Part shown: positions 59,043-64,000 of the stretch, piece after piece | Layout of the letters: every line of letters begins with the position of its first letter | Numbering within the stretch: the stretch's first letter is position 1 | DNA from: Alphaproteobacteria bacterium | GTDB taxonomy: Bacteria; Pseudomonadota; Alphaproteobacteria; MPNO01 | Reading direction: 5' to 3' | Assembly (NCBI GenBank): GCA_964291675.2 | Contig: OZ219866.1 | Span: forward strand, 3,200,001-3,264,000 | Length of the DNA: 64,000 nt | The notes under the pieces: model-generated | The model's input: the letters and a program-made list of their open reading frames with translations, nothing else | Database searches by the model: none | Told to the model about the DNA's origin: nothing | Translations under genes and position numbers: made by a program

Positions 59043-60013
59043 CTTTCAATTACCCACAATTTCGGCTTGCAGGGTTGCTCCGAGTGTTATGTCGTTCAGA
59101 CGGGAGAGACCGCGCCACATGACGATGTTTCCCGGCGGCGGGTCTTTGGCGCGGGCGAGATAGCCTCCGAGCCGGGCGATCTTGGTGAGATACAACGAGA
59201 GTGTCCTTGGCACGGGGAGATCATGGGCTGGGTCGGGGACCAGGCGATCGAGCATGGTCGTTTCCATGTCGGTCAGCACCAAGGCCGGTTCGAGGTCCGG
59301 CTCGGCCCGGTTGAGCATCGTCAGCCAGAACACGCGCCAGCTTAGGATGCAGAACACCGCGAGCAACCGGACCAGCCGCTCGGCGGTTCGCAATCGTGCC
59401 TGTTCCGCCCGACAGCCAGATTTCAGGATCTTGTGGAAGACCTCAATTTTCCAGCGCATGGCATACCCTTGAACTTCTTGCGGTTCCAGAACTTGACCGC
59501 GGCCATCCCCAAGGGCAGCCCGTCCGTCGTCACCGCCAGGCTCGCGTGCATCAGCAGCCCGCAGACCGTGTGCAGGCGGTCGCGGCCCGCCTTGTCCCGG
59601 CCGCTTGCGCCGCCAAGAGAACTCCGTCGTGTCATGCAGTACCAGAATCGGGCCCGCACTGGCCGCAAAGCGGCGCTGCGTGGCATCGAAATGGCCCCGC
59701 AGAATGTCCTCTTCGCTCACCCGGTCGTTGGAAAAGAACCGATAGGCCGCCTTGGTGCCGGCCCAGTCCTGACATGCCGGAGGAATACTCTCTCCGAACC
59801 CGACTTCCATGCGTGCGACCAGCTCGCGAAGACGACCATCCAAACGACCGTCGCCAAGCCGGCACGTCGCAAGTTCCCGATCAAACCACCGTTCCTCCGT
59901 CATCTGCACCTCTCCCCGCGATTCGGTGCCAGACAAGGAATCTCATTCGATTCCGGCTACAGAACAACTTGTGGTCACAGCCGGTCCAATATCAAGATGT
60001 GGGTAATTGAAAG
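59043..60013 (-). mobile_element. Internally deleted IS4-family (IS50/Tn5-like) element
   Basis: 16-bp TIRs CTTTCAATTACCCACA and 9-bp TSD CCTCGCCGG (59034-59042, 60014-60022). ORF 59046-59936 has LGDGRL, HDTTE, YAMRWKIEVFHKILK and PPGNIVMWRG but lacks the middle. Confidence 0.9.
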
Positions 60014-60030
60014 CCTCGCCGGAGGCTTAC
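60014..60030 (-). mobile_element. IS66 left terminal repeat
   Basis: Minus strand begins GTAAGCCTCCGGCGAGG, an IS66-type GTAA end, upstream of tnpA. Confidence 0.65.
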
Positions 60031-60420
60031 GTTTCATGGTCGCCCGCGGCAGATCCTCTTTGTCGTGGATGCGGAGAACCTCGCCGGTGGCGGTCGGCGG
60101 AGCAATTGGGTCCACGGGTGCACTCACACCTCATCTGAGTACTGAACTACAGCAGAACTTGAGCTTCTCGCCTGACCCGCAGGCGCATCGACAAACCGGC
60201 GAGGAGCCGTCCTGCCCCTAATCGTCACGCTGGCTCCCACCGTCAGCCACTTGCTCTGCTTCGACCAGCGCTGCCTCCCGCCGAATCATGTGAAAGAAAT
60301 GAGCCGGTACACGAAAATCACGACATTAGGCTGCTGGTGTTGAACTTTCTGCTTGGCATTCAACGGACACCTCACTAACCTGTATTTCAAACTATCCTCA
60401 GAAAGCCGAGGACAGAATCG

Positions 60421-61722
60421 ATGCGGCTAGCGTTGGAAGAAGTGCGTCTTGTCCGGCACTTTGCTCGGGTTGACCAGATCAATTCACGAGGCGGTGAACT
60501 GCCGAGGCACCACTCGACAAGAGATTTTCCCGGTCTTCGCTCAACAATTGCCTTTCTTGTATGTATAATTGTCGGCGTTTCTGACACGAATGTTCAGGCT
60601 AGTAATAATCACTGCCTTCAGCTGATCAAGAATTCGCGAACAGTGTCTACAACAATAAAGGATGAAACAGATTTTTCCGACACAGTGGCACGCTTTTGCA
60701 AGGAGTATTCCCGTTCAATACAATCTGGCGAAAGCAAGAATTACGATGGTAGCTACAAGTTCCTTAAACTATCGTTGGGGCAATCTAGGAGTAACGAGGA
60801 CGTCTTAGCGAAGAGATATTGCCGTCATGATCGCGATAAAGACTTTCGCCGTGCCAGTTATAAGCGATACCTGGAGACCATTGCTCCCGGCGCCTACCAG
60901 GCGTACCTGGCTTGTATCGATTCAACCGAGGTGTCTTTCAGCCTTCTGAGCCCTCCGACTCCAAGTAGTCTTGAACTGGTAGTTCAATATAGAACTGATG
61001 ACTCAAACGCATCGACGACATTGAGTTGGTCTTCGCCGTCTAGACCTAATGTCAATTGCATATGGGAGAACGTTGAGCATCAGAATTCTACCACGACAAG
61101 CCTTGCATCGAACCGAAAAACTCGATTGATGTGCACTCGTAAGGATGTTAGAGCTGCGCCTATCGCACAGCCAGACCATGTGAATGTTGTTCGAATAGAC
61201 GGAGGAAAAGGGGATATCAACATACCTTGGCAAAAATACAATAATAACAATGAGCCAATTGCGACTCTTGGAGACATTGGAAGACAGCTTGACCGCAAGC
61301 TTCAACATATGCAAGATGAGATTGAGACACTCAAGAGTCTAACCAAAGTGTTGAAAGAACGCTCGCAAATCTCCAAGAAAAGAATAAACCAATATTTCAA
61401 TCGAAAATGGTACAATGTGAAACGTGATCGCAAGAAAAACACTTGCTACAAGAACGAATCGGCTTATCCAATTGAAGTGGCGGCCAGCACATCAATAGGT
61501 AAAGGGAACTTTTGTAATGTCCAATTGTTTATCGGTAAACACCGGTTGGTTAAACAATCTGACAATAATCCAGATTGGGCTAAGGTTTGTGCGATTGTCG
61601 CAACTGTCCCACCCAAGAAGGTGTACAAAGTCAGTGCCGATGGTTACAAAAAGGGACACATAATATTGTGGAGTGAGCTGAGGGCTGTCGGGGACGCCGT
61701 CAAGAAAGTTCGTTGTCCTTAG
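60421..61722 (+). CDS. Low-GC hypothetical exported protein with coiled coil and tail-fibre-tip-like C-terminus
   Basis: Hydrophobic segment IAFLVCIIVGVSDTNVQA, coiled coil LGDIGRQLDRKLQHMQDEIETLK, and C-terminal WYNV...Y.N...PIEV...VPP...YKV...WSELR. Start uncertain. Confidence 0.7.
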   Translation: MRLALEEVRLVRHFARVDQINSRGGELPRHHSTRDFPGLRSTIAFLVCIIVGVSDTNVQASNNHCLQLIKNSRTVSTTIKDETDFSDTVARFCKEYSRSIQSGESKNYDGSYKFLKLSLGQSRSNEDVLAKRYCRHDRDKDFRRASYKRYLETIAPGAYQAYLACIDSTEVSFSLLSPPTPSSLELVVQYRTDDSNASTTLSWSSPSRPNVNCIWENVEHQNSTTTSLASNRKTRLMCTRKDVRAAPIAQPDHVNVVRIDGGKGDINIPWQKYNNNNEPIATLGDIGRQLDRKLQHMQDEIETLKSLTKVLKERSQISKKRINQYFNRKWYNVKRDRKKNTCYKNESAYPIEVAASTSIGKGNFCNVQLFIGKHRLVKQSDNNPDWAKVCAIVATVPPKKVYKVSADGYKKGHIILWSELRAVGDAVKKVRCP

Positions 61723-62071
61723 CACACACCATGCAACGGCACCTAACTGATTGTACAGATACGGTATTTGGTTGGGATGCCGCCAGCGGGCGCCCGGTAG
61801 TCGGCCGATCAACCCGTCCACATCGGGGGTTTGGTAGTTCCTTCGTATCTCGCACAACTGGTGGCGTTAATTGGCCATGATTTCGTAGGCCCTGGCCCTT
61901 GAGACGTTGTTCATTCCGCTGGCACCCCCAGCCCGCCCCGGAATGTGACCCGGGGCGGGCTCAGTCTGCACCCTGCTTTGGGGTTCGGCGGATGGGCTCG
62001 CGTCCTTGGTGTATGAAGTTCGGCTCCGGGCACCGGTTAATCAAGAAGGGTGCGGTAGCTACTTTCACCGC

Positions 62072-62480
62072 ATGTGATCGGTTGGGGTCAAGGCGCTGAA
62101 TAATCGGTTGAGCGAATATTTCCGGCTCGCGGCCTCGGGCGAGACCTTACTGGTGACCGACGGCAACCGTGTCGCGGCGAAGCTCGGCGCGCTGCGGGAA
62201 GCTGGAGCCTGGTCTTCGCCGATGCTTTCCTTGCTGAGACGGTGTGGTCGGGCGTGCTTGCACCGCCGGCATTGACGGGATCGGGGACCGCCGCCCAAGC
62301 CCGCCCCGGTCGCCGGTCTGGACGAAGATCCAGCCAAACTCGACGAGAGCCGGTGCGACCGGTGATCTTTCCTGACACGTCGGTCGGGCTGGCCTGGCTG
62401 CAGACGGAGGACCGCTGGCCCTGGCGGCCCTCTGGGACGAGAAACGAGTCTCCATTGTCAGCGCCGATTGACAGTCAAGA
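62072..62480 (+). pseudogene. Decayed Phd/YefM antitoxin - VapC (PIN) toxin pair
   Basis: M*SVGVKALNNRLSEYFRLAASGETLLVTD (stop at codon 2), then overlapping GTG IFPDTSVGLAWLQTEDR, frameshifted. Confidence 0.65.
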
Positions 62481-62824
62481 GCCGAGTTTCTCGCTGTTGA
62501 GCCACGCCGTGGACGATCGTCATCGCCCTTGCTGAGTGTTCGCAGAATTAATGCACAATCCCAAAGCGGAGCCATGTGCGGCAAAGATGCTCTTTACCTC
62601 CCCACCGAAGACCGATCGGGTTTCCGCATTCGAATGGATGGTATAGCGGGCGGTGGGACAGAGCTGTGACGAAGGATCCATCCGGGCCTCGTTCAATCAG
62701 AGTAAATGGTCGGTCGACCGGCATTCGGTGCGGGTATGAACCAACTTCAACAATAGGATTTCAAAACTGCGCGTAGTTTGATCGGTTTATCATTGCCTCC
62801 GAGGCGGATGGGGACTCTGGATCA

Positions 62825-63433
62825 ATGGATATTCGGCCTGACGAGCGCGTCGCGGTCTTCATCGACGGCGCCAACGTGCACGCCACGACGCGCGCGCTCG
62901 GCTTCGACATCGACTTCCGCAAGCTGCTGGAGATCATGGCGGCGCGCGGCCGGCTGGTGCGGGCGTATTACTATACCGCGCTGGTCGAGGTCGAGGATCA
63001 CTCGCCCGTCCGTCCGCTGGTCGACTGGCTCGAATACAACGGCTACACGACCGTCACCAAGCCCGCGAAGGAATTCGCCGACGCCACCGGGCGGCGCCGG
63101 GTCAAAGGCAATATGGGCGTAGAGATCGCGGTCGACATGATGGCGATGGCGGGGAAGGTCGATCACGCTGTGCTGTTCTCCTGCGACGGCGACTTCCACC
63201 GCCTGGTGGAGGCGGTTCAGCGCACCGGCGCGCGGGTGAGCGTAGTCTCGACGCGGCGCACGTCGCCGCCGGCGGTGGCGGACGACCTGCGCCGCCAGGC
63301 CGACGCGTTCGTCGAGCTCGACGACCTCGCGCCACTGATCTCGCGCGAGCGTCCGGTCTCGCGCAAGCGTCCGGCGGAGCTCCGCGCGCCCACCCGGGCG
63401 CGGCCTGGACCGGACGAAGCTGGGTTCGGGTAA
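62825..63433 (+). CDS. NYN (LabA/DUF88) domain protein
   Basis: FIDGAN, VRAYYY, KGNMGVEIAVD, SCDGDF and LRRQADAFVEL. Confidence 0.92.
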   Translation: MDIRPDERVAVFIDGANVHATTRALGFDIDFRKLLEIMAARGRLVRAYYYTALVEVEDHSPVRPLVDWLEYNGYTTVTKPAKEFADATGRRRVKGNMGVEIAVDMMAMAGKVDHAVLFSCDGDFHRLVEAVQRTGARVSVVSTRRTSPPAVADDLRRQADAFVELDDLAPLISRERPVSRKRPAELRAPTRARPGPDEAGFG

Positions 63434-63541
63434 GGGAAGGGGCGACGCCGATCCAATGTCCCGTCCGTTGCGGCGGAAGGCGCGGGCAGGTATTGCTTCA
63501 GCCACGTGACGATCGTTTGACACAGATGGGGAAATCGACCG

Positions 63542-64000
63542 GTGGCGAAGAGATTGGCGAGCACGGCGGCCACGCTCTCGGCGTTGATCGCAGAAGTCGA
63601 GGCCGAGGCTTATGCTCGCGGACGGGCCGACGCGCGGAACGAGCTGCTGGAGGCGCTGAGCACAGGGAAAGTGACGAAGCGGCAGACGCAGGCAGAGCGC
63701 GGTGGACGGGCAGCGAAGGCGACGCGTCGGACCCGCGGACGCGGGCGTGCGCCGCGCGGCTCGGTGCGCCGGTTCGTCGAACGGGTGCTCGGCGAACATC
63801 CGGGCTCGACGGTGGACGAAATCGTCGGCCGTGCCGCCGACGATATCGAGCGTTCGATCAAGGCGTCGTCGATCCGGGTCGAATTGCGCAACGGACGGGC
63901 ACAGCAACGCTACCTTTCCAACAACCGCCGCTGGTCGCTGGCGCCGGCCGATGCAGGCATCGAGGAAGACGTGTCCGGGGCCGGCGGGGAGGACACGCCG
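63542..64000 (+). CDS. Hypothetical protein with winged-HTH-like region (runs off window end)
   Basis: Manual translation: LIAEVEAEAYARGRADARNELLEAL...RAPRGSVRRFVERVLGEHPGSTVDEI...SIRVELRNG. Confidence 0.6.
   Translation, partial: MAKRLASTAATLSALIAEVEAEAYARGRADARNELLEALSTGKVTKRQTQAERGGRAAKATRRTRGRGRAPRGSVRRFVERVLGEHPGSTVDEIVGRAADDIERSIKASSIRVELRNGRAQQRYLSNNRRWSLAPADAGIEEDVSGAGGEDTP

Overview
High-GC bacterial DNA, most consistent with an alphaproteobacterium (inference). Positions 1-17.7 kb are chromosomal catabolic genes: TTT transporter, hydroxycinnamoyl-CoA hydratase/lyase, acyl-CoA dehydrogenase, ADP-forming CoA ligase, FAD oxidoreductase, TRAP transporter, LLM monooxygenase, BhcB-like dehydratase and a Ddn-like protein. 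They are interrupted by a MITE/REP-rich patch carrying three copies of a small coiled-coil gene. A perfect parS site sits at 17772. From about 18 kb to the end runs a mosaic genomic island: tyrosine integrase, cargo-bearing IS1595 elements, an IME-type backbone (ssb, toprim, DUF2493, MobF relaxase, split DUF2285 activator), an autotransporter, a nuclease-NACHT defence protein, an IS1595-borne type IIG R-M gene, and an IS66 carrying two separate insertions (a Mu-like transposon and an IS4). Highlights: (1) a promoter-driven, CCA-ended tRNA gene with a tRNA-Leu-type body but a Gly (ACC) anticodon, apparently carried by an IS1595; (2) a structured RNA plus hairpin module found twice, each time ahead of a small secreted-protein gene in IS1595 cargo; (3) a precisely bounded 4.4-kb TG...CA transposon with an extra RecA/RepA-like ATPase. 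All family assignments come from motif recognition by eye; no database searches were run.
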